IMG/VR virus record: IMGVR_UViG_3300037067_003400
Location: 146,952 to 210,951 of that record
Reading direction: 5' to 3' (one strand)
Source of the DNA: a virus
Taxonomy: Duplodnaviria; Caudoviricetes
DNA: 64,000 bases
Shown: piece by piece, positions 28,099 through 37,600 of the stretch
Layout: each line of letters begins with the position of its first letter
Numbering within the stretch: the stretch's first letter is position 1
Translations under genes and position numbers: made by a program
Notes under the pieces: generated by a model
Told to the model about the DNA's origin: nothing
What the model saw: only the letters and a program-made list of their open reading frames with translations
Database searches by the model: none

Positions 28099-29493
28099 TT
28101 AAGAGAAAGCAATAGGTATAGTGGTTAGTCGTGGTGTTGTTTCATCATTCTTAAACCAGTAAGTTATACTGCTCCAGCTTGCCTCCCCTATTAGTATTGG
28201 TAGTGTATCTTTCAAGTTTCTTATTATCTCTTTGTATTCTGGTAATCTATATGTATCAACTATATCAACATCATTTAGTCCTACTTCTTCTGGGTCTAAG
28301 TGTGACAAAGATACGTCTTTTATGTAAAGTATTCTATATTCTCCAGAAGCTAAATTAGATGTTGGAGCTAATATAGTGCTTGTTCCAGTTGTTGTTATAG
28401 TATAATTTGTATAAGAGTAATCTGCTACTACTCTTCTAAAGTTGGACGTATCTGTTCCAGATGGAAACACTATTCTATTAGTTATAATAGAGGGGTATAT
28501 GTCTTCTTCTGGATCTATTAGTAGAGAGTTTACGTATATGTTCCAGCTTGGCTCCCAGTCATGTGTTTTAGAATGCCAGGCTGTATTATTTATATTAGGT
28601 GTTAGTTGCTCATTAGATATATAAACTACTTCTGGAACTTCTGGGATAAATATTTCCGTTATACCTGAGGAACTTAAGTTTATTGTATCTACTCCATTCC
28701 AGTAGAAGCTACCCATTAGTCCAAGGTCTCTTGCTATAGATACTAATAAACCATCCTTTATAGTGGATGGTGGTTTTATATAAACTGTTTTTATTCTATC
28801 TAACAGTTCTGAATTAGTTTCATCTGTTAGCCTTGATATATCTACTTCTAAAGCTCTCTCATCTATTAAGTTCCACAAGTTATATCTTACTGGTGTATGT
28901 ATATTATTTTTATTTTGATATATACAAGGTTCTTCTAATTCAAATATTCTTGTAATAGAGGGATAGTAAAGTAATGTGGAGCCTGTAGTTTCTGTAGATG
29001 TAATAGTTCCAGCTATTGTATCTATGAACTCACTGCCTCCAGGTATCTTTTCCCATTTATTAGTTTCGTATTGAACCCAGATAGGTTCGTCTGGTTGAAT
29101 ATCATTTGCAGTAACTGAATAAGTATATGTAGAAGATGAAGCAGATATAGTTATGTGTGCTATGTTTCTTAAGTATGTCTCAATGCCATTAGTTATATAG
29201 ACTGGGTCTCTCGTATAGAAAAAATCGAATAAGCTTTTTGCATTTCTAATATAAGTATAATCAGTATCGGAACTTGTTTTTATTTCTAATAGTAAGTCTT
29301 CACCAGAGGGATCTAACTCAGGAAGAGTCCATAGTAATCTTGGGTCTCCCTTTGATAGATTAGCCAGAGCCACGGAATCACCAACACGATCTACTATTTC
29401 TAATATGTAATCATGTGTTGGTATAGATTGTATTGCCCACTTATAAAGTAAGGAGCTGGTTTGTATGGTACTGGTGTAATGTATATCTTGCAT
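28099..29493 (-). CDS. Baseplate wedge-like protein
   Basis: IDERALEVDISRLTDETNSELLDRI; immediately downstream of baseplate J. Confidence 0.65.
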   Translation of the reverse strand: MQDIHYTSTIQTSSLLYKWAIQSIPTHDYILEIVDRVGDSVALANLSKGDPRLLWTLPELDPSGEDLLLEIKTSSDTDYTYIRNAKSLFDFFYTRDPVYITNGIETYLRNIAHITISASSSTYTYSVTANDIQPDEPIWVQYETNKWEKIPGGSEFIDTIAGTITSTETTGSTLLYYPSITRIFELEEPCIYQNKNNIHTPVRYNLWNLIDERALEVDISRLTDETNSELLDRIKTVYIKPPSTIKDGLLVSIARDLGLMGSFYWNGVDTINLSSSGITEIFIPEVPEVVYISNEQLTPNINNTAWHSKTHDWEPSWNIYVNSLLIDPEEDIYPSIITNRIVFPSGTDTSNFRRVVADYSYTNYTITTTGTSTILAPTSNLASGEYRILYIKDVSLSHLDPEEVGLNDVDIVDTYRLPEYKEIIRNLKDTLPILIGEASWSSITYWFKNDETTPRLTTIPIAFS

Positions 29494-29496
29494 TGA

Positions 29497-30603
29497 TTAG
29501 ATTATGGAGATTGGTTTACGGAGAAAGAACTTATCACCTTTGTTAGCATACTGGTCAACGTTAAGAGCGGCTTGGCCATTTACTTTTATTACTACACTTA
29601 CATTCCTTATATCTGAGTGAGCATCCATTAATCTCGAAACTAATTCGTAGAATATGAAGCTTCCAATTCCTATTCCATCACCTACTGGTAGGTTATCTAT
29701 ATAGGCAGCAGCAGCTGCAGCTACTAAAGATCCTGCTGTAGCTGAGTCTAAGGTATCTTTGAGACTTAATTTAATAGTTAGGTCAATAGGTATTTCTTTA
29801 GGGGATTTTGCTATTGCTGATATTCCAAAAGCTACTGTATTATCTAAAACTGATTGAGCTTGATCTAATAGTGCCTGGCTTACTCTTGTATCTACTGAAG
29901 TTATAATAACGTCTATAGTTCCAGTGCCTCTTGCTAAAGGTAAAGGGAACACATCTTTTACCCCAGGAATTTCCATTAGCTTCATTCTAATAGATTCTTC
30001 TGTTGCTCCTTGTATTATACTAAAGGCTTTTGATATTCTATATCTATAGTTATCATCAGATTCTACAGCTGTTCCATTTACTACTGGAAGAATATTAGTA
30101 ACTGTAACTAAAGCATTACCTAAGTCGTGTTTACTAATAGCCCCTATACCTACGTTGTAGCCAGAGCCGTCACCTAAAGCAGTTATATCAATATAACCAT
30201 CAGCTCCTGATGCTAATGTTAAAGCATCATTAGTTGAGAATGCTACTCTGGGATCTGCCTCCGACCATATTCTTGTAAGGGCTGGGATTGTTACAGATGT
30301 ATCACTATTGTTTCTAAATTGAACCGCCGCTCCCATCCCAGCAGTAGTAGCTGCTTTAGCTGGTAATCTTTTTATACCAAAGAGTTCACCTATGTTATCT
30401 AAGTTAGTTCCAGTAGCTGTTGATAGGTTTCCCTGATTGTATATATCTAAAAGTTGATGGTATAAATCAATTACTCTGGCAGAAGCTATTTTAATTAGTG
30501 AGCCAGCAACGCTTGACTCACTAAAGTTTGTTATGCCTGTTTCATTTTTTACTATAGTTTGTGCTTCTTCTACTAATTCTTCATAGCTTGGAATGGCAAT
30601 CAT
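29497..30603 (-). CDS. Baseplate J-like protein
   Basis: TATGTNLDNIG...R, GTAVESDDNYRYRI, IPGVKDV, RGTGTIDV. Confidence 0.9.
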   Translation of the reverse strand: MIAIPSYEELVEEAQTIVKNETGITNFSESSVAGSLIKIASARVIDLYHQLLDIYNQGNLSTATGTNLDNIGELFGIKRLPAKAATTAGMGAAVQFRNNSDTSVTIPALTRIWSEADPRVAFSTNDALTLASGADGYIDITALGDGSGYNVGIGAISKHDLGNALVTVTNILPVVNGTAVESDDNYRYRISKAFSIIQGATEESIRMKLMEIPGVKDVFPLPLARGTGTIDVIITSVDTRVSQALLDQAQSVLDNTVAFGISAIAKSPKEIPIDLTIKLSLKDTLDSATAGSLVAAAAAAYIDNLPVGDGIGIGSFIFYELVSRLMDAHSDIRNVSVVIKVNGQAALNVDQYANKGDKFFLRKPISII

Positions 30604-30621
30604 ACTAATTCCTCATTTCAG

Positions 30622-31791
30622 TTACTGCCCATAGGCTGGGTAGCAACACTTCTTATATTTCTTGTTTGATCCACATGGGCAAGGGTCATTACGCTTAACG
30701 TTTAAGTCAAGTTCTGGCCCTGGTCCAAGGTCTCCCATTGATCCTTTAAATCTAATATCCTCCCAAGCTCTTACCCATTTATCTACTGACGTTTTATAGT
30801 CGTAGTTTGTTCTTACGTATTCTTGTCCTGCTTGCCCTTGTTCTTTTCTGTAGGTTTCATCTTCTATTAGGCGGGACAATTGTTGTTCCCATTCATAAGT
30901 ATTAGTAGCTACATAAGCTCCAGCTGGGCACTCTCTTGCAAAGCGAGCATAAGGAGCAACCTTACTACCTACTATAGGAATGCCATGAGCTAAATGCTCT
31001 AAGTACTTTAGGGAACTCTTAGCCATATTAAATGCTGTACAAGCTATTGGTGCTAATCCTATATCAAAATGTGTTAGCATCTTAGGATAGTTGTCTAACC
31101 CAACAGCTGGAAGTATAATTATTCTATCTTTAAATTTTTCTATCTCTGGATTTAAGCAGAACCGTTGTACCATCTCTGGTGAAGATTGTATGGCAAACTT
31201 AATATGATCATACTTTCGTAATATATTTAACACAATTGGCCATAGTAGGTTTATATCTTTTTGGTGAGTATTACCACCACTCCACCCAACTGTTAAACTC
31301 TTGTCTCTATTCTCTACTTTAGTTTCCCAGTCTCTTATATCAAAGTCTACACAGTTTGATATTACATATGTATTCTTATTAAGAGCTAAATAGAAAGCTG
31401 CAAGTTCATGCGTAGTTACTGTGATACCATGACAAGAAGATAGCCCACGTTCTGCATTAGCAAGTTCCTTAGTTCCCTTTTTATATACAGGGAATGCAGG
31501 AGAGTCTGCGTGTACACCATGCAGGTAGTCATCAACTTCATAGATAACTGTCTTACCTTTTTCTCTTAAGGCATCCATCATATCAAGAACTTCTGGTCTG
31601 TATTGTCTTTGAGCTAATACATAATCATAGGGTTCTATTTCTGCCATGCTAACTTCATTAATTATTTTAGTCATAGCTCCGTGTCTTTGTGCGTATTCTA
31701 AAGGATACTGTATTCTTAAGTAGCCACAAGCACTTTCGTCAGCACGGAATCCAATGATCTTTAGACCATTGAATTTGTTAGAGTATTGCAT
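30622..31791 (-). CDS. GT-B (GT4-like) glycosyltransferase with C-terminal SEC-C motif
   Basis: YEVDD, VGWSGG..H, FDIGLAP...FNMAKSSLKYLE...GIPIVGS; tail VKRNDPCPCGSNKKYKKCC. Confidence 0.88.
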   Translation of the reverse strand: MQYSNKFNGLKIIGFRADESACGYLRIQYPLEYAQRHGAMTKIINEVSMAEIEPYDYVLAQRQYRPEVLDMMDALREKGKTVIYEVDDYLHGVHADSPAFPVYKKGTKELANAERGLSSCHGITVTTHELAAFYLALNKNTYVISNCVDFDIRDWETKVENRDKSLTVGWSGGNTHQKDINLLWPIVLNILRKYDHIKFAIQSSPEMVQRFCLNPEIEKFKDRIIILPAVGLDNYPKMLTHFDIGLAPIACTAFNMAKSSLKYLEHLAHGIPIVGSKVAPYARFARECPAGAYVATNTYEWEQQLSRLIEDETYRKEQGQAGQEYVRTNYDYKTSVDKWVRAWEDIRFKGSMGDLGPGPELDLNVKRNDPCPCGSNKKYKKCCYPAYGQ

Positions 31792-31816
31792 ATTGTCCTC
31801 CGTCGTTATACTTTAG

Positions 31817-32212
31817 TTATTGTACTTCTAATATTCCTGTTGTTATATCTAACGATGCTGTTATAGCATAGTCATGTTCTGTAGAGTGATATGTTACCAT
31901 TACTAATAGCTTTGTTGCAGATAGAGGAGATACTCTTACGTTGATTTCATTTATAGATAAGAAGCCATCATGTGTTAGCGCATTAGTTACCATATCTTCT
32001 ACTACGGCTCCTGTGTCTGGTATGTTAGGATAACCAATGACATCTTCTAATGGAGTTCCACATTCTGGTTCTAATTCAAAGTCTCCCTTGTAGGTCTTTA
32101 GTCTAAAGAGTATATTATCTACTATGACATCATCTCCTGTAGAGAGTGCCAAGTCCCCATCATACCCTATCTCTATATCTCCATCTGTATTTAGATGTAC
32201 ATCTTTTAACAT
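31817..32212 (-). CDS. gp25/GPW-like baseplate wedge initiator
   Basis: DGDLAL...NILFRLKTYKGD...PECG motif; position upstream of baseplate J. Confidence 0.8.
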   Translation of the reverse strand: MLKDVHLNTDGDIEIGYDGDLALSTGDDVIVDNILFRLKTYKGDFELEPECGTPLEDVIGYPNIPDTGAVVEDMVTNALTHDGFLSINEINVRVSPLSATKLLVMVTYHSTEHDYAITASLDITTGILEVQ

Positions 32213-32215
32213 ATC

Positions 32216-32719
32216 TTATACGTCTCCAATAAGGTCTTTTAGTTTTTGTAATGCATCCACTTGTACTGGAGGCTTTGGTATGAATAATGGTGTTGTTCCA
32301 AAGTTTACTGCTAAAGTCATTAGTAGGTTCTGTAAGTCTGAAGCCATAATAGTGTAGTCTTTATCTGGTTCTATTGGAACCTTTCCAAGACTCTCAGCGG
32401 CCTCCTTGAGGAATCTTGATAGTGGAGCTACAAGCTTTGTCCATTCTGGATTAAGTTTACCCTCATTGAACTCTAAGCCTGTTGGAGTTGTGTACGTAGC
32501 ATTTCTCCCAGAGTTTGTTACCATGGTAGGAGAGTCTACTGTTATCTGTCCAGTGGCACCATCTATTATAATACAAGCATTCCCTGCTTTCATTACAATA
32601 ACATTATCATCTGTTACATCTACTCTTGCTCCAGATATTTTATTTACTAAACCTACTGAGGTTTTAGATGGGTATTGTTTTTCTGTTACTATCTGCTCTA
32701 CTTTATCCATTAAAGCCAC
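32216..32719 (-). CDS. Putative spike C-terminal (beta-helix-like) protein
   Basis: SGARVDVTDDNVIVMKAG...IIIDG..GQITV repeats; context. Confidence 0.55.
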   Translation of the reverse strand: MALMDKVEQIVTEKQYPSKTSVGLVNKISGARVDVTDDNVIVMKAGNACIIIDGATGQITVDSPTMVTNSGRNATYTTPTGLEFNEGKLNPEWTKLVAPLSRFLKEAAESLGKVPIEPDKDYTIMASDLQNLLMTLAVNFGTTPLFIPKPPVQVDALQKLKDLIGDV

Positions 32720-33066
32720 CTTGTAGGAGCTATAGGTTTTCTACCTTCATCTCTATAACTTTCTTTTAATGCTATACTATCACTTATAAAAACCCCAGAG
32801 ATGATTGGTTTTGTAGGATCTCCATCACAAAAAGAAATAGAAACTAAAGTTCCTACTTCTGGGGCAGCAGTTTTTATTCCGTTAGTTTGTACAGGCCATG
32901 GTAATATAGTAGATTTAACTATCCTGCTATCTGTATTGTTTCTAATTGATACTCTTACCATATTAGCATCATTAAGAACTTCTGTTATAATGCCTTGGGT
33001 ATTTATTGCAACAGAGCCTATGTTTTTTTGTATGTGGTTTTCTACTGCTTCACGAAATTTATTCAT
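32710..33066 (-). CDS. Baseplate spike gpV/gp5 OB-fold protein
   Basis: APEVGTLVSISFCDGDPTKPIISGVF. Confidence 0.75.
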   Translation of the reverse strand: MNKFREAVENHIQKNIGSVAINTQGIITEVLNDANMVRVSIRNNTDSRIVKSTILPWPVQTNGIKTAAPEVGTLVSISFCDGDPTKPIISGVFISDSIALKESYRDEGRKPIAPTRWL

Positions 33067-33117
33067 AATTTAAATCTTTCTATATTAATTATACATCGTT
33101 AATGCTAATTTGACTAC

Positions 33118-34620
33118 CTATTTTGAGGAGTATTTTGGCATTGCTGCCCATTCTATTATAGCACCATGCTTATCAAGGTCAGCTTGAATAGATCTATTAG
33201 CTGTACCTATTCCTCCAGTAAGACTTTCATTATAAACATAAGTCTCTGGTTTACCATCTATTCCACCAACTACTGCAAAGTGCCCACTCTTATATGCTGG
33301 TGTTCCTATTCTAATATGTACTACCATTCCAGGATGCAGTTGATTTATAGTAGTTGGTCCTATATTACGAACTACATTACCTGTTCTCAAGCTTGCATTC
33401 TGCTCTACTGCTGATGGGTGAGCATCATTACTTTTACCCATACTACAAGGTTTATCATATCCAGCAGCTCCCATCATATATAGTAAATCATGTGTATATC
33501 TTCCACACTGTCCAGCTGCGTATTGTCTTCCAAGGTTAGAAGTAGTTGTGAAATTTCCACCTACATTACTAACAAATCTTGAACGTGTTTGCAATAGTTC
33601 TCCACCCCTTCTTGTATCTATTGGTGAGTAATCTAATTTACCTTGAGCTTTAAATAACCCATTCTCACTATCTTCTGTATCTTCAGTTGAGTACTCCGGT
33701 GCTTCTATTCCCAGACCAAAGATAGCTCCAGCTACTACAGCTTGTAAAGCTTCTACACTAAACCAATGCCCCATAGCTCCACGTGTAACTCCAGCTGTAG
33801 CCCACTTATCAAATGCTGAGTTAACACCAAAGGAACTAATGACATTATCCCAGAACCCCTGTGGATCTCCTATTACACATCCCATATGCCCGTTAATTCC
33901 AGCAACATAGTTTCTTTTATTAACTGTTAATGGCATCATGATAAGGCATTGTCTGGATATAAGGTATCTATTAATCCAGTCTACTATAGAAGAAGCAAGT
34001 ATATACCAAATACTCATCCTTGTTATATTTTTTATAGTGTTAGATTTTGCTATAGTTTTATTGAATACATCTTCTATACTTGTAACGCCTGTTTGCTTTG
34101 CTATTCTTTTTCCTACAAGATCTAATTCACTTTGTACTTGTTCTAATTTTTGTGCTACTCCAGGCTGTCCAAATTCTCCATAGGTAGCACCTAAATCTTT
34201 TCCTGCTATTTGTTCTGCTTTAACTTGTATTTTAAGAGATTCAGCTGTAGCTCGTAGCTTAACCCATTTAGCTACATTAGCCCCTACAGTATCTCCACTC
34301 ATACCAGCTTTCTTTAGCATATTAGTTAGTTTATTAGCTTCAATGAACTCTGATATCTTGGCTTTCAAATCTTTTATATTCTTTACTATAGCTCCTACAT
34401 GTTCATTCTCCTCTAAAGCGTCTATTAACTTAGTACCTGCACTTGTTTTTTCGAGGATGCTTTCAATTATTTTAGTAGACTTCCCAGACTCAATTAAACT
34501 TGTAAACCAATCTTTGGCTCCAGCTGCTCTTGCTTTTCCACCCTCAATAAGTCCTAATACTTTTTCATTCTTTATTTTACCTGTAGCATTATCTATTATA
34601 TCTCTGCTAGTAGCGTTCAT
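33118..34620 (-). CDS. C-terminal part of the hub/tail lysin with CHAP-like domain (probably continuous with 34607..40438)
   Basis: GQCGRY...GHFAVV...VYNES (Cys-His-Glu). The frame stays open upstream to the A7 run. Confidence 0.7.
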   Translation of the reverse strand: MNATSRDIIDNATGKIKNEKVLGLIEGGKARAAGAKDWFTSLIESGKSTKIIESILEKTSAGTKLIDALEENEHVGAIVKNIKDLKAKISEFIEANKLTNMLKKAGMSGDTVGANVAKWVKLRATAESLKIQVKAEQIAGKDLGATYGEFGQPGVAQKLEQVQSELDLVGKRIAKQTGVTSIEDVFNKTIAKSNTIKNITRMSIWYILASSIVDWINRYLISRQCLIMMPLTVNKRNYVAGINGHMGCVIGDPQGFWDNVISSFGVNSAFDKWATAGVTRGAMGHWFSVEALQAVVAGAIFGLGIEAPEYSTEDTEDSENGLFKAQGKLDYSPIDTRRGGELLQTRSRFVSNVGGNFTTTSNLGRQYAAGQCGRYTHDLLYMMGAAGYDKPCSMGKSNDAHPSAVEQNASLRTGNVVRNIGPTTINQLHPGMVVHIRIGTPAYKSGHFAVVGGIDGKPETYVYNESLTGGIGTANRSIQADLDKHGAIIEWAAMPKYSSK

Positions 34621-37600
34621 TAGAATGTTTTTTTAGTCGTATAGACGTACCAGCAGCTACTCCAGTTCCCCACTTATCTAATTTTAATATGAGGCTAAGT
34701 ATATATTTAGCACACATTTCAGGGGTTAGAACTTGTGATAGTTTAGATGCAGTTTGTTGAAGTAGTAATGCTGCTACTGCTTTTTGTCCAGCCCTAACTC
34801 CCCAAGCCCATGTTATCTGGTCTCCTGAGTCTACTGCTGATACCATAAGGTCTGGAGAGATAGTAGTTATCAATCCATTCTCAGCTGATATATGTTGGGT
34901 AACTTCTTTTACTTCTATAAGTCCTGCCATCTCTGCATCAGTATCTGCTATGTAGCATCTATCATAAGGTTTAATAGATGGGTCGCCAGCTACTATAATG
35001 CTACCTTGGTACATATCTTTTACTACTTCTTTTAAGGAACTAATAGCATAGTTGTTATCTGGTGTTCTTGATAGGTTACCTAAGACTTTACCCATTCCAC
35101 CTATAATCCAGTTGGTTATAATATCACCAGCATCCATAGCCCCAGTAGAATACAAGCCGCTATTAACAGTTAATAGCTTCTGATACTCTGGTAATATATC
35201 AGTGTCTAAGTATGCCTTCATTGTATAGTGTTCGTGGTTATCTCTTGTAGCCCAGCTATTACTGGTTCCCTTAGCCTGGCATATAGTATAGATATCTTCT
35301 GAGCTTGCTATTATTTTATTGGCTATAAGGTTTATACTTGAAGCTACTATATGATATTGTTGGAAAGGCTTCCTTAAGAATACAGTTTCTGGCGCTTCTA
35401 TTATACTCTTTACAAAGTCATCTGGTTTTGCTTCTACTCCACTGGTTCCAGCATTCATAGCTATAGCTTGCTTTAGCATAAACTCTGTTGTGTATTCATA
35501 GTTTAATGGCCAGTATGGTTTACCATAGAACAGTGTGCTTTGTAAATCAAATGGATATACGGCATGAATATAATCTGGAGCTACTTTGGTACAGGTATCT
35601 ATTACCTTCCAAGCTGTAGCTTCATCCATGTTTAATCCAATCAGGGATTCTCCACCTTTGAATCCACGAGACAACCCAAAGATATCATATGTATCCCAGA
35701 GAGAAGTATTAGCTATAGACTGGTCTAACTTGAAGGCATCTTCATCAGCCCTATAAATATTAATACCTATCTCCCCTACATCCTTAGTTGCTCCATATGT
35801 AGGTCTTCCAAAGTGCTCTATACCATATGGATTGTTAGCATTATACCCGCCCTCTGTCATCCACTCTATTACATTAGTAGGAGACATAACAGTTAATATA
35901 GCTTCTCTTGGTTCTATACCTGCACCTAACCATGTATAAGATCTGTATGGTGCTCCTGATTGCTCTAACTGATTAAGTAGTTCTATTCCATCTCCTAATG
36001 CTACTACTGTTAGATTCTCTTCTGGTGCTGGGACTTCTGTTATAGTCCCGTTGAAAACTATAGGCAAGTTATTAGGGTTAGAGCCGAAGCCCATTCTTAC
36101 ATGCACTCTTGCTCCAGGCTTTAATAATAAACTGTTAGCATGCAGGTTCCACTTATCAAGTATGTTGGATATATTCGGGAAGAGTGTACTCTTTATTCCT
36201 CCAAACATATACTCTATTCCCCATTTATAGTTTATACCTTCTAACAATGGATTCTCTGCTGGCATTTTAGTAAGGTAACCAAACTGATTTGAGAATGTAA
36301 TAATAGCTGTATCTACTGGAGACTTTCTTGTCTTATGAACATCTATACTTTGCACTGCTGTCATACCATACCAGTGATCATACATTCTCCAGAAGCGTAG
36401 CCATCTTCCACCGTCTACTAATAGTAGACAGTAAGTAGGAAATGCCCTTAGTAGTCTTCCATAGTTAGAATAGTTTCTCATATCAAAGAACATATCTTTT
36501 CCATCTTCTCTATAGAAGGCTTCTGATACAGGTGTAAAGTCTGAACCTTGCCCACTGTTTAAGTCATTTAATCTATCTGCTTCTTCCTTCTTATCAATGT
36601 TAGAGTTTGCAGTCATATCTACTGACCAGGAATTAATACCAGCAGCCGCTGGAATAGATGGTTCTGGATTTATAGCAGCAGGTTCTTTAGCTTTGTTCTT
36701 ATCACCTAACCATGCTAATACTTTTGTTAAGTTGGTTCCTGCTTTAGTATTTAGTGTATCTGTTATCTGGGAAAATAATCCCGTCCCCTCTTTGTTAGAA
36801 GCATATGCACTCTTACAAACTTTTAAAACATAACCTGGACTATTATACGCAGCAATACAAAGTATCCATACTTCACTGGAGGATAACTTACCCCCAGCTG
36901 CTGCAGCTATAGAAGAATAGTGAGACTGTAGATACCCTAAAGAAACATCTATTATAAACTCTGGGAATCTTCTGGGATCGTTTTTGTCTACTTCATCATT
37001 AGAAGCATAGTTTGTTTTTACCGTGAAGTCTAACCAGTCATTACCATTTCTCCAGGAGTATACACCCCCACCTTTGTCTTTAAACTTATTAGAAGACATT
37101 CTACGTAGTTGCCCAAGTAGAGTAGCCGTAGTCATTTGTCCTAAGCCATAGGAAAGTCCTTTATCATAAAGAGAGATACTTGCTGCTCCACCTTCTTTTG
37201 CAAGTAGGGCTGCAGCTATTCCATATGGTACAGCTGTCGGTTGTTTCTTCCTAACGTTTTCTATTATCTGTGAATACTGTGAGATTCCTTTTTGTGATAG
37301 GTTAGCCTGTAATGATTCTGTAGTAACCATACCATAGCCAGATCCAGAGGTACTATTTATTAGAGATATTGCTCTGTTGTATTGAGCTTCTGCTGCTTGT
37401 GTTTGGGCTACTAAATCTTTAGTAGATTTTATCCCACCCATATAAGGTATGGTAGTTTTAATACCTTCCCTATCCATTATCTCCGTGTTGTCTTCACCAT
37501 TACTTCTTACAACACTTTCTATTAACTCTTTACCATATTGACTAAAAGGTACACAGTAGAAGTCTGGGTCTGCGTAAGCATTAGTATTTAAGTCTTTTAT

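Noticed and set aside
9407-30603. Diversity-generating retroelement or invertible fibre cassette
   Set aside because: No reverse transcriptase or recombinase is present, and I saw no near-identical nucleotide repeats. The paralogs are highly diverged.
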